A DNA stretch of 63,350 bases from Candidatus Omnitrophota bacterium (GCA_042572045.1 JBHPFI010000004.1:1-63350); one strand, 5' to 3'; positions 9,476 to 19,320 are shown, numbered from the stretch's first letter. Program-made: numbers and translations. Notes: generated by a model from the letters alone, not told the origin.

Positions 9476-10496
9476 AAATATAATCTCGTCTAATATCAAA
9501 AGATTAAGTTTTCCTTATAAATTGACATTTTCTATTACAAATAGGTGTAATTCCAGATGTAAGATCTGCTATATCTGGAAGAGAGGCACATCCGAGGAAT
9601 TGACCAGCAAAGAAATAGATACTTTCTTTAAAAAGTCAAATAGATTTAATTGGATAGACCTCACGGGTGGGGAGATATTTTTACGGGATGACCTTGAGGA
9701 GATAATAAACTCTATTTTAGCCAATTGTAAAGAGTTATACTTATTGCATTTCCCTACAAATGGTATGCTTACAGACCGAACTGTAAAGATAGTAGAAGAT
9801 ATTATGCCTTTTATGACTCACAAAAAACTTATTATTACTGTAAGTCTGGATGGACATGAAGCTCTGCATGATGATATCAGGGGTGTCCAAGGTTCCTATA
9901 GAAAGTCTATCGAGACATTCGGAAGATTGCGAAAAATAAAAGGTGCTGAAGTATATATAGGTATGACTCTATCTTCGTACAACTATTTACAACTGGATAG
10001 AATCTTTGAGTCTGTTAAAAAAGACTGCCCTTATCTGGGCTTCAGAGATTTTCATATCAATATCGTGCATAGCTCGAGTTTTCAATATGGAAATGAGGGT
10101 CAGATAAAGCCATATGACCCTAAGCTAGCAACAAGAGAGATTAATAATTTTATATCCAGAAAGAGTTTTAACCTGAACCCCGTATTATTATTAGAATGTT
10201 GTTATCTTCGACTGATCAGAAGGTATCTTATGGAGAAGAAGACTCCTATGCCTTGCAAGGCATTTTTTTCTTCGTGTTATATAAATGCAGAAGGGGATGT
10301 GTATCCTTGTTCTTTATACGATAAGAAGATGGGTAATATAAGGGATGAAGGAAGTGACTTGAAATCAATTTGGGAAAATACCTCGAATATTGATATCTTG
10401 TTACAGATAAAAGAGAAAAAGTGCCCTAATTGCTGGACTCCATGCGAGGCATATCAGAGTATATTGGGTAACCTGGCATTGCTATATATTAAATAA
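9450..10496 (+). CDS. Radical SAM enzyme with SPASM/twitch domain
   Basis: CxxxCxxC 'CNSRCKIC', 'TGGE', 'SLDG..LHDDIRG'. C-terminal 'CKAFFSSCYINAEGDVYPC...CPNCWTPC'. GAGG upstream of ATG 9450. Confidence 0.9.
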   Translation: MKNVLSLAKNIISSNIKRLSFPYKLTFSITNRCNSRCKICYIWKRGTSEELTSKEIDTFFKKSNRFNWIDLTGGEIFLRDDLEEIINSILANCKELYLLHFPTNGMLTDRTVKIVEDIMPFMTHKKLIITVSLDGHEALHDDIRGVQGSYRKSIETFGRLRKIKGAEVYIGMTLSSYNYLQLDRIFESVKKDCPYLGFRDFHINIVHSSSFQYGNEGQIKPYDPKLATREINNFISRKSFNLNPVLLLECCYLRLIRRYLMEKKTPMPCKAFFSSCYINAEGDVYPCSLYDKKMGNIRDEGSDLKSIWENTSNIDILLQIKEKKCPNCWTPCEAYQSILGNLALLYIK

Positions 10497-10503
10497 AAAA
10501 ATA

Positions 10504-11739
10504 ATGAAAAGCTATCCTCGACATATTGTGAATATGGTACCAGGGGCAGGACGGATAATATTCGGTTTCAATAAGAGTAAGACCGATTATGTCAGCAGGT
10601 TTGAGAAGGAGTTTGCAGGATACATAGGCGTTCCATACGCTATAGCTGTTTCCTCGGGTCGCACTGCCCTGTACTTGGCGCTTGAAAGCCTGGGGTTGAA
10701 ACAGGGGGATGAAGTGGCTCTGTCCGCGTATAACTTTCCAATCGTGCCTTTGGTGATAAAGAAAATGGGATTTGTGCCTGTTTTTGTAGACGCTGACCTG
10801 GAAACTTATAATATGGACATGGATTCAGTAGAAAAAAGTATTACACCCAGAACAAAGGCTGTAATCGCTACTCATCTCTTTGGCCAGGCTTGCGACATAA
10901 GGAAATTGAAGAAGATATGCATAGAGAGAGGGATAAGGCTTATTGAGGATTGCGCTCATTGCTGCGGTGCGGAATACGGAAAGCAGAGATTAGGCTCCTT
11001 TGGAGATATAGCGTATTTTAGTTTCAGCATGCCGAAGAATATTACATGTTTTGGCGGAGGCATGATAATAATAAAAGATACTGATATAAATGAAGCGATT
11101 AGAAAAAAAATAAATCAATTTTATCCGATTCCGGAGACCAAGGTGTTCAAGGGCGCATTGATCACTTATATTATACATTTTCTTCTAAGCCCCAGGATCT
11201 TTACTTTTTTCTCGTACCCTGTTTTAAGATTTTTCGATCTTCTGGGCTTTGGACCTTCTGACAGAGTACTGGATAAGGAACTCGCAGCATTTCTTGCAAA
11301 GGACCTGGAGAAAGATGTCGCCAGGTTGAACAATAAGCAGGCCAGGGTAGGACTGATGCAGCTTGATAGGATAGAAAAGATCAATAATAGATTAAAAAGG
11401 AATGCAGATCTAATAGCGAATCATCTCAAGAATACAGATAAGATTCAACTGCCCAGCCAGATAGCTTCATCCAGGGGTATTTTTTCTTATTATAGGATCC
11501 TGGTTGATGAACCGATGATGTTGAAAAGATTGCTATTGAGAAATGGCGTTGATTCCCAGAAGGGGAATATAATAGATTGCTCTAAGCTGGATTTTTTTAG
11601 AATCCGCAATAAAGACTCATTCCCCAACACAAGAATACTCTCTGAAAAAGGACTTGAAATACCGAGTAATTATATAATGAAAGATAGCGATATATTGAAC
11701 ATTTGCAGCGTTATAAAACGAGCATTGGGAGAGGATTAG
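10504..11739 (+). CDS. DegT/DnrJ/EryC1/StrS family PLP-dependent sugar aminotransferase
   Basis: 'VSSGRTAL', 'THLFG', 'IEDCAH' and 'FSFSMPKNITCFGGG' (PLP lysine). Confidence 0.9.
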   Translation: MKSYPRHIVNMVPGAGRIIFGFNKSKTDYVSRFEKEFAGYIGVPYAIAVSSGRTALYLALESLGLKQGDEVALSAYNFPIVPLVIKKMGFVPVFVDADLETYNMDMDSVEKSITPRTKAVIATHLFGQACDIRKLKKICIERGIRLIEDCAHCCGAEYGKQRLGSFGDIAYFSFSMPKNITCFGGGMIIIKDTDINEAIRKKINQFYPIPETKVFKGALITYIIHFLLSPRIFTFFSYPVLRFFDLLGFGPSDRVLDKELAAFLAKDLEKDVARLNNKQARVGLMQLDRIEKINNRLKRNADLIANHLKNTDKIQLPSQIASSRGIFSYYRILVDEPMMLKRLLLRNGVDSQKGNIIDCSKLDFFRIRNKDSFPNTRILSEKGLEIPSNYIMKDSDILNICSVIKRALGED

Positions 11740-13224
11740 ATGATCGGAAAGGCTATGTTGATATTCCCTGCCTCTTTGACGCTGAAGAGCTATTTTAAGG
11801 AGCTAACCCCACCTTTGGGCATCGCATATCTGGGCGCAGTCCTTAAAGAAAATGGTTTTCAAGTCAATATACTAGATGCTACGGCGGATGGCTGGGAACA
11901 CGAAGAGGTTATAAATAATGAATATATCAGATATGGCCTTTCTCTGGATAGCATAAGACAAAGGATAAAAGATTTTTCTCCTGATGTTCTGGGTGTTTCC
12001 TGTCTATTGTCTTCGCAATATAGAGAGATGCATGGTATTTGTAAGATAGCAAAGGATATCTCAAGAGATATGATCACCATAGTTGGCGGGGAACACCCGA
12101 GTTCATTGCCCCATGAAACGCTGAAGGATAAAAACATTGATTTTGTCGTGCTCGGAGAAGGCGAGATGACATTCAGAGATCTTTTGGTAAGAATGAACAA
12201 GGGGTGGCATTATAATGATTTGGATGGTCTCGCATTCAGGGATAACGGAAAGATAAAGATAAATCCCAAAAAGATGTTTATTAAAGACCTTGACATGCTG
12301 CCTTTTCCTGCAAGGCATTTACTTCCGATGCAGAAATATTTCACTATCAATCGACCACAGGCCTTAACATGGAGAAAAAGACCTAATACATCTGTAATTA
12401 CTTCAAGGGGTTGTGGGGCCAGATGCATCTTTTGCGGCACAACAAGACATTGGGGGAATCGCTTTAGGGCCAGGTCAGCTGAGAATGTCCTGAAAGAGAT
12501 AGATCGTTTAATAAAGGAGTATGGAATAAAGGAGGTTCAGTTTATAGACGACAACCTTTTGAGCGATAGGGGTCGGGCGCTTCAATTATTAGACGGACTA
12601 AAAGAAAGAAGATTATCATGGTGGGCGCCTCATGGTTTTGCGGTGTGGACACTGGACAAGGAGTTGTTAAGGAAACTCAAGGATAGTGGTTGTTATGAGA
12701 TTACCCTCGGTATCGATAGCGCTGATAAACGCGTGCTTAAGGAGATAATTCACAAGCCGTTAGATATAGATGTTGTTCCTTCTCTTGTGAAAGAGATGAG
12801 GAGACTGAGGATCAATACCAAGGCCTATTTTATAGTAGGCTTTCCTGGCGAAACGAAAAAAGAGATGAAAAGGACTTTTCGTTTTGCCAGAACCTTAAAA
12901 TTTGACGCAGCCACTTTTTTTATTGCATCCCCTTTACCAGGAACAGAGTTGTATAAAATATGTCATGAAAATAAGTATATAAAGGATGGATTTACATGGC
13001 AAGACCTGAATTTTGGCAAAGCTGTGATCGGCACAGAAGAATTTTCACCGGAAGAAATGCAGGAGTGGGCCCACAGAGAAACTTTACTAGTTAATCTAAG
13101 AACATTTTTTATTAATCCTGCAGGATTTATTAGGAAATTCGGCCCGATAATACTAAAAAATCCTTCCATATTTTTTAACTATTTTATAGCGCTTCTACGG
13201 TACACATTCAAAAAAAATATGTAA
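11740..13224 (+). CDS. Cobalamin-binding radical SAM enzyme (class B methyltransferase-like)
   Basis: 'PPLGIAYLGAVL', 'VGGEHPS', 'GEGE', 'TSRGCGARCIFC', 'FIDDN', 'FIVGFPGET' and 'PLPGTELY'. Confidence 0.9.
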   Translation: MIGKAMLIFPASLTLKSYFKELTPPLGIAYLGAVLKENGFQVNILDATADGWEHEEVINNEYIRYGLSLDSIRQRIKDFSPDVLGVSCLLSSQYREMHGICKIAKDISRDMITIVGGEHPSSLPHETLKDKNIDFVVLGEGEMTFRDLLVRMNKGWHYNDLDGLAFRDNGKIKINPKKMFIKDLDMLPFPARHLLPMQKYFTINRPQALTWRKRPNTSVITSRGCGARCIFCGTTRHWGNRFRARSAENVLKEIDRLIKEYGIKEVQFIDDNLLSDRGRALQLLDGLKERRLSWWAPHGFAVWTLDKELLRKLKDSGCYEITLGIDSADKRVLKEIIHKPLDIDVVPSLVKEMRRLRINTKAYFIVGFPGETKKEMKRTFRFARTLKFDAATFFIASPLPGTELYKICHENKYIKDGFTWQDLNFGKAVIGTEEFSPEEMQEWAHRETLLVNLRTFFINPAGFIRKFGPIILKNPSIFFNYFIALLRYTFKKNM

Positions 13225-13234
13225 TATTATATAT

Positions 13235-13452
13235 ATGGTAAATATTGTCGAAATGGGGGGGGGTTATGAAAAGTTACAATATAAGGCTAGAAGTTATCAC
13301 TGTTTAGAAAAGGAGATAGGAGATGGGACAAAATATGACCAGGTTTAATGGGATATGTAAAGAAAAAGGATTATTTAGAAGCAGTAGGGCAGTACAACAA
13401 GGTATTGGGGATGAGGCCAGAGGCAGTTGATTTACCAAATAGATTTTTATGA
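13235..13452 (+). pseudogene. Probable decayed TPR-protein fragment (two short frames joined at TAATG)
   Basis: 13235..13348 (37 aa) is followed by 13348..13452 'MGYVKKKDYLEAVGQYNKVLGMRPEA', which fits TPR spacing (G..Y...Y..A...Y.K.L...P). A G9 tract lies at 13255-13263. Confidence 0.4.
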
Positions 13453-13577
13453 AAACAATATGCAGGTAGATGGCAATAACTACGTCTTATTTAAGGTAGA
13501 TATAGAGATCCTAAAGTTCACTGGGACCTTAGAGCGGCTCAGAGATCAAATCTTCTAAAGCCTTTAATTTTAGAAAA

Positions 13578-15320
13578 ATGAATATTTTTAAAAATTCCGT
13601 TAAATCTGCAACTCTTGAAGCAAGGTTTTCTTATTTTGTATTACTTTTGCTTTTTTTGTTTCATTTTGTAAGCAATATAGTCATTATTGCAAGAGACACA
13701 ACACCTTTTATTGCAGATGCGTCAGAGTTTTACATACAAAGTTTTTATTATTGGCGGGGGGTTGTAGATTTTATCAAATCCGGCGATTTCCAAATGCTAG
13801 GCCTTATTTTTAAAGATAAGCCATTGCAGGCGCAGCTCCTTAGTTTTATCAGTATACCTTTTTATTCTATTTTAGGTTTCAGTCATGATACAGCTATTAT
13901 AGCAGGGCAGTTATTTTTTCTTGTACTGTTATTAAGCATATTCAAGATAGGCAGATTTCTTTTTAATAACACTGTTGGTCTTCTAGCAGCATTTATTATT
14001 TCATTCTACCCATCTGTCTTTGGTTTCTCCAGAGTGTATATGCTTACATTACCTATTTTGGCCATATCTGCATTGTGCGTATATCTTTTTATTAAAACAG
14101 GCGTATTTAAAAATCGTAAATATTCAGTATATTTTGGCCTGGCATGCGGCTTGGGAGGATTGTTAAGGCCACGTTTTTTTATCTATATTCTTATACCTGT
14201 AGTGCTGTATGCCGGGGGCTATATAGTTACTTTATTCAGAAAGAGAGATGACTTGAAGCGATTATTGACTAAACAGAAATTTTTTAATATCTTTCTTTCA
14301 ATATTCTGTTCTGGTTTTTTGCTTTTTCCGTGGTATTCTCTATCTAGCATATCCGAATATTTTAGATACCAGGATACATGGTCTACAATGCCAAATTTTT
14401 CAAATATAGGCCCAACACTTTTATATTATATTCAAGTATTATTCGGTTTGCAGTTACATTGGTTTTTTTCGTTTTTATTTCTATCAGGATTACTGGTATC
14501 TTTTTTTAATCGCGGCAGGAAATTAAGCATTTTTTTTCTTTTGGCCTGGTTTATTTTTACACTAATCCTTGTTTCAAGTTTTGGTTTAAAGGACTATAGC
14601 CGCCTTATTGTGCCTTTATGTGTACCGCTAGCACTTATATCTTCTTCAGGGGTAGAGAGCTTTGCGCGACAGAAAGCAGGTAAATTTATTTTATCTGCCT
14701 TAGGGTTTTTTGTCGTAGCCCAGTACTTTTTCATCTCGTATAGCCAGATGGCAGGAAAGATCATTTACAAGTCTATTCCTGTGATAAATAGGGAGCATGG
14801 ACGGAGATATTTTTATGACATATCTTTATCTTATGGGTTATTGCAAGCAAATGGTTATGATTGGAATATAGATAAGATGATGCCTTTATTTAAGACACGC
14901 AGGAACTTTGATGGGAAGTTCAGGTGGAGTCTCGTAAACAATAATCTTAGTTATTTGACTGTTTCAGGTATTCCGCACAATATCGATAATCTAATTAAAA
15001 TATTATATATAGACTGTCGTGGCTCACCAATTGTTACTGAAATCGAACAGAGGGCGGTTACAGGCAATCTTCCTGTATCTGTTGTCGGGTTGTACTCATC
15101 TGACTTTGAATACAGAGACCTGTTTACAGATTATGATTTTCGTAATATTGTTCTGGGGGCTGATTATGTTATTATATTCGAGGGGGGGGATCCAGGGGCA
15201 GGGATGCTTTCAGAAATAAAAGATATGTTTGATGCAAATATATCTAAATTTGAAGAACTAAAGACGATAAAGACTCCGTGGGGAGAAAGCCTGATCTATG
15301 GAGCAGGCGCAAGAAAATGA
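13578..15320 (+). CDS. ArnT/PMT-like GT-C glycosyltransferase, paralog of 6691..8307
   Basis: Shares 'VGLLAAFIISFYPSVFGFSRV', 'LFPWY' and 'RLIVPL' segments with the 6691 protein. Many TMs plus a soluble C-terminal domain. Confidence 0.8.
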   Translation: MNIFKNSVKSATLEARFSYFVLLLLFLFHFVSNIVIIARDTTPFIADASEFYIQSFYYWRGVVDFIKSGDFQMLGLIFKDKPLQAQLLSFISIPFYSILGFSHDTAIIAGQLFFLVLLLSIFKIGRFLFNNTVGLLAAFIISFYPSVFGFSRVYMLTLPILAISALCVYLFIKTGVFKNRKYSVYFGLACGLGGLLRPRFFIYILIPVVLYAGGYIVTLFRKRDDLKRLLTKQKFFNIFLSIFCSGFLLFPWYSLSSISEYFRYQDTWSTMPNFSNIGPTLLYYIQVLFGLQLHWFFSFLFLSGLLVSFFNRGRKLSIFFLLAWFIFTLILVSSFGLKDYSRLIVPLCVPLALISSSGVESFARQKAGKFILSALGFFVVAQYFFISYSQMAGKIIYKSIPVINREHGRRYFYDISLSYGLLQANGYDWNIDKMMPLFKTRRNFDGKFRWSLVNNNLSYLTVSGIPHNIDNLIKILYIDCRGSPIVTEIEQRAVTGNLPVSVVGLYSSDFEYRDLFTDYDFRNIVLGADYVIIFEGGDPGAGMLSEIKDMFDANISKFEELKTIKTPWGESLIYGAGARK

Positions 15321-16756
15321 GAATACTTTTAACCATACCACCTGTATTAAATAAAAGATCAAAGAAACAAGGTAATGGAAATCGCATAAAACGGGGTCTT
15401 TTGCCTCCTTTGGGCATTGGCTATATTGCATCTGTCTTGATCCAGGAGGGACACGAGGTGGATATTATCGATGCCCAGATCCTGGATTATGGCATTACTG
15501 AAATCTTGGAAGATATCGATAGATACAAGCCGGACATAATAGGAGTTTCTTTTTTAACACCACAGGAAGAACTGGCATATAGATTAATAGAGGAGGTAAA
15601 AAAACATTTTAAGAGTATCCAAGTTATTGTTGGGGGCGCTCATCCCACCTGTTTTCCTAAGAGGACTATGGACAGGTGTAAAGATATCGATATTTTAGTT
15701 ATAGGAGAGGGCGAATATATTATGCTTGAGCTGGTCCGTTGCCTGGAAGAAGGGAAGGCATTAAAGGGCGTAAAGGGCATTTATTATCGTGGTAATATGA
15801 GGGAGGCTTTAAAGACTCAAGAAGACACCCGGATAGTGAATCTCGATGCCTTGCCGTTTCCTGCGCGCCATCTTTATAAATTGTCTTCTTACATCCCAGA
15901 GCCTTTTGAAAATAAAAAGCTACCTTCGACCAGCATAATTGCTTCCCGAGGATGTACTTATGCCAAATGTACTTTTTGTTATCGTTCAGGGATATTAAAA
16001 AGACAATACAGGATCCAGAGTGCAGAGAAGAGTTTAGATGAAATACGCCATTTGATCAAAAATTTTGGGATCAAAGAATTTGTATTCTATGATGATGATC
16101 TTTCTTCGAATAAGAAATGGTTATTAAAGTTTTGTAGCTTATTGAGAAAAGAAAAGATTTTAATCACATGGTCTTTTCGTGGTAGGTCAAATACAGTCGA
16201 CCACGAGATTTTAAAACAGGCAAAAGAAGCAGGTTGTTTTAGCATTGCGTTTGGGTTTGAATCAGGTAATCAGGATCTGCTGGATAATATTAAAAAAGGA
16301 ATTACATTGGAAGATACCAGGCGCGTAGCTAGTTTAGCTAATGGCCTGGGGTTAGAAGTTGTAGGCACATTTATGTTAGGTTTGCCTGGAGAGAATCCCC
16401 AAAAAGCGGAAAAAACAATAGAGTTTGCTATAGAGCTTAACTGCACTTACGCAGCTTTCATACCTACCCATCCTTTCCTCGGAACCGAATTGTACGATCA
16501 ATGTCAAAGGCAAGGAAAGATTATGCAATCTACTTATTCGGATAAGGACATGTGCCATACTAGGTATATACCTAGAGTGACTTATGTACCCTCTGGATAT
16601 AAGAATAAGGAAGAACTTGAAGAAATGATAGTAAAGGCTTATAAGAGATTTTATCTGCGCCCAAGTTATTTTTGTAAACATATAAGAAAGATAAAGAGCT
16701 TTGAAGATATAAAAAAATACTGGAATGGATTTACATTCCTTTTAGGATTAGTTTAA
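15317..16756 (+). CDS. Cobalamin-binding radical SAM enzyme
   Basis: ATGA overlap at 15317. 'PPLGIGYIASVL', 'GGAHPT', 'SRGCTYAKCTFC' (CX4CX2C variant), 'FYDDD', 'GFESG' and 'FMLGLPGE'. Confidence 0.9.
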   Translation: MRILLTIPPVLNKRSKKQGNGNRIKRGLLPPLGIGYIASVLIQEGHEVDIIDAQILDYGITEILEDIDRYKPDIIGVSFLTPQEELAYRLIEEVKKHFKSIQVIVGGAHPTCFPKRTMDRCKDIDILVIGEGEYIMLELVRCLEEGKALKGVKGIYYRGNMREALKTQEDTRIVNLDALPFPARHLYKLSSYIPEPFENKKLPSTSIIASRGCTYAKCTFCYRSGILKRQYRIQSAEKSLDEIRHLIKNFGIKEFVFYDDDLSSNKKWLLKFCSLLRKEKILITWSFRGRSNTVDHEILKQAKEAGCFSIAFGFESGNQDLLDNIKKGITLEDTRRVASLANGLGLEVVGTFMLGLPGENPQKAEKTIEFAIELNCTYAAFIPTHPFLGTELYDQCQRQGKIMQSTYSDKDMCHTRYIPRVTYVPSGYKNKEELEEMIVKAYKRFYLRPSYFCKHIRKIKSFEDIKKYWNGFTFLLGLV

Positions 16757-16776
16757 ACAAAGGATGATAGGTTAGC

Positions 16777-17463
16777 ATGATAAAGGGGATCTCTATTTTT
16801 ATACCAGCATATAATGATGAAAAGACAGTTAGGCAATTAATCCTTGATGCTATCTCTGTCATGGATCCCCTGGATCTTGATTATGAAATAATTATTGTAG
16901 ATGATGCTAGCAGAGATGCAACGGTTAAAATAGTCAAAAGACTTGCCGAAACCCATAAAAAGGTAAAATTAGTACAGCATAAAGAGAACAGAGATTATGG
17001 CGGTGCATTAAGGAGTGGGTTTCGGGCTGCAACTAAGGAATGGATATTCTATACTGATGGAGATGGCCAGTATGATATAAAAGAGATAACAGGGTTATTG
17101 CCTTATGCAGGAGAGTTTGATCTTATAAATGGGTACATACAAAAAAGGATGGACCCATGGTATAGAATTTTTGCTGGGAAGATATATCAATTTTTGATAG
17201 ATTGTCTTTTTGGAAAGACACTGATTTATACAAATTGTGATTTTAGACTGATCAGAAAAGAGATTATAGATCGCGTCAGCATAAATTCAAACAGCGGTTT
17301 TGCTCCAGCAGAGATTATTATAAGATTAGTCAGGAGCGGGGTCAGGGTTAAACAGGTACCTGTGAGCCATTTTCCCAGAAGATACGGGCGCTCTACATTT
17401 TTTAATATGAAAAGGATATTTAGCATATTTTCTGATCTATGCAGATTTTTAATCAAAGCATGA
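16777..17463 (+). CDS. GT2 glycosyltransferase, DPM1/GtrB-like (candidate polyprenol-phosphate sugar synthase)
   Basis: 'FIPAYND', 'IIVDDASRD', 'NRDYGGALRSG', 'TDGDGQYD' and 'CDFRL'. Confidence 0.85.
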   Translation: MIKGISIFIPAYNDEKTVRQLILDAISVMDPLDLDYEIIIVDDASRDATVKIVKRLAETHKKVKLVQHKENRDYGGALRSGFRAATKEWIFYTDGDGQYDIKEITGLLPYAGEFDLINGYIQKRMDPWYRIFAGKIYQFLIDCLFGKTLIYTNCDFRLIRKEIIDRVSINSNSGFAPAEIIIRLVRSGVRVKQVPVSHFPRRYGRSTFFNMKRIFSIFSDLCRFLIKA

Positions 17464-19247
17464 AAAAAAGTCAGACTGCAATAATCTTACTTATAGCCAC
17501 CTTTGTTCTGTTGAGGCTACTTCTGATCTCTTCTCAAAGAGATAGTATTTTTGATCCCAATGAATTTATTTCCGGCACCATAGCAATGGAACTTATCCAT
17601 GGATTATCCTTCCCGCTCAAGTACTGCGTGCCAGATAATCATAATTATGGCTCTGTAGTAAACGGTATATTGATAGTCCCTTTTTATCTTTTATTCGGGC
17701 CATCTACTGCTTCAGCAAAAATGGTTTCAATACTGTTTTCCCTTGGAACGCTTATATTCTGGTATTTGCTACTAGATAGATTTTTTAACCACCGGGTAGC
17801 TGTGATAACAAGTCTATTGTTTATTTTCTCACCTATAGTATATACAAAATCCTCAGTACTTTCTGTAGGCGCTCACCCAGAAACTACTTTTTTTACGGCG
17901 ATTACCATGTTTATCTTGTACCTTATCTTTTTTGATAACAGAAAGAAAAACATTTATTTTGCATTACTTGGTCTTGTGTCTGGTTTTGGTTTCTTTTATT
18001 CCTATCTTTTCGGGGTGACATTACTGGTAGTTCTCATATTCTGGTTTGTCTTTGACAGGAGGTTTGTATTAAGACCCGAATTCTATATATTCCTGATATT
18101 TCTTTTGATAGGTTTCAGTCCAAGACTGTATTTTACTGCTGGATTTAAGGGTGCCTATAGAGGGATTTTATGGTTTACGGGTGAGACATTCAGGTGGGGT
18201 GATATATCTTTTGATTATATTTTGTTCAAGACACGAAGATTTCTAATAAATGACATGGTTCGTTTGTTTGATTTCAGGCACCCCCCGTTTTTCTTTAGAT
18301 ACCTCTATTATAGTTTATTCTTGATAAGCACTTTACTTCTTTTACAGTTCAAAAATAAGTGTCTTGCGTATAAGGAGGCGCTGCTATTAGTTTTTCCATT
18401 TGTGTTTTCAATGGTTTATATATTAAGCCGTTATGCCATATTCAAAAACTGGTCGTGCGCAGGATACATAGTGCCGCTTTACCCGTTTATATTTGTGATC
18501 ATTGCGGTATTCTTTGAGCGGCTGATGCGCGCAAAATACGTATTAATAAAGATACTATCAGCGGTAGTCCTATGCCTTATTCTTTTAGCCGGCCTTTATG
18601 GGAACATAGACTTGATAGGATTTAAAAAAATCGGACAGGGATTTATCTACAAGGGCTATTCTTATAGATTGTTTGGGGAGAGGGTTAGTTCAACTAATTT
18701 TGGTAACAAAAAATTTCTTAAAATAATCAAGAATATGGAGTTTCCTAAAAGGCAATATTTTTTAGAAGGGTTTGGCTGGTCTATTTCTTCCGCTCGTTCT
18801 CTATATGCAGTAGAAGAAGATATGAAGAGGTTTTCTTTTAGTAAAGTAGACAGGCTTCATTATTTTAAGGGCATGGGAAGAGGGCTGGCTCATCTAATGA
18901 GTCTGCGGCTGTGCGGCAAAAAAGACACCTTTGTCAGTCCATATGTTCTAACCCCATGTTTTTCAGTATTCAAGCACATTGCGAAGAATCACGAAGAAGA
19001 GCAAAGATATTTCTGGGAAGGCTTTGGACAGGGGCTTGATTTGTCGTCCGATACAATCGAAGTTATTAAAGATCATATCGAAGATAGATTTAAACCATAT
19101 CTTTATCAAGGTTTAGGAGATGCAGTTGCTGAGGTATTCTCGGAACAAAAACCCTTACTCCATGAATTCGACTCAAGGTACAGAAAATATATACATTCGG
19201 CTTATAGCAAAGCCCGCTCTGAGTTACTGCTAAAAGGACACATATAA
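17460..19247 (+). CDS. GT-C-like membrane protein with C-terminal repeated G-x-G helical motifs
   Basis: ATGA overlap at 17460. 'DPNEF..G..A', 'HNYGS', 'G.HPE' and many TMs. The C-terminus repeats Y/F-x-x-G-Phi-G four times. Confidence 0.6.
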   Translation: MKKSQTAIILLIATFVLLRLLLISSQRDSIFDPNEFISGTIAMELIHGLSFPLKYCVPDNHNYGSVVNGILIVPFYLLFGPSTASAKMVSILFSLGTLIFWYLLLDRFFNHRVAVITSLLFIFSPIVYTKSSVLSVGAHPETTFFTAITMFILYLIFFDNRKKNIYFALLGLVSGFGFFYSYLFGVTLLVVLIFWFVFDRRFVLRPEFYIFLIFLLIGFSPRLYFTAGFKGAYRGILWFTGETFRWGDISFDYILFKTRRFLINDMVRLFDFRHPPFFFRYLYYSLFLISTLLLLQFKNKCLAYKEALLLVFPFVFSMVYILSRYAIFKNWSCAGYIVPLYPFIFVIIAVFFERLMRAKYVLIKILSAVVLCLILLAGLYGNIDLIGFKKIGQGFIYKGYSYRLFGERVSSTNFGNKKFLKIIKNMEFPKRQYFLEGFGWSISSARSLYAVEEDMKRFSFSKVDRLHYFKGMGRGLAHLMSLRLCGKKDTFVSPYVLTPCFSVFKHIAKNHEEEQRYFWEGFGQGLDLSSDTIEVIKDHIEDRFKPYLYQGLGDAVAEVFSEQKPLLHEFDSRYRKYIHSAYSKARSELLLKGHI

Positions 19248-19320
19248 GTTTTTTACAAGGTGAGCATGGATCTTACTGAGAGGGTTTTCTATTCCATGAC
19301 TCTGTTGAGCTACAAATAAT

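Noticed and set aside
15950-15980. CX4CX2C instead of CX3CX2C in the 15317 enzyme
   Set aside because: This spacing is a known variant among B12-binding radical SAM enzymes and is not evidence of novelty or decay.
19262-19302. Imperfect hairpin GAGCATGGA...TCCATGACTC before the SDR gene
   Set aside because: Short stem with a large loop and no U-tract or second copy. Compatible with chance.
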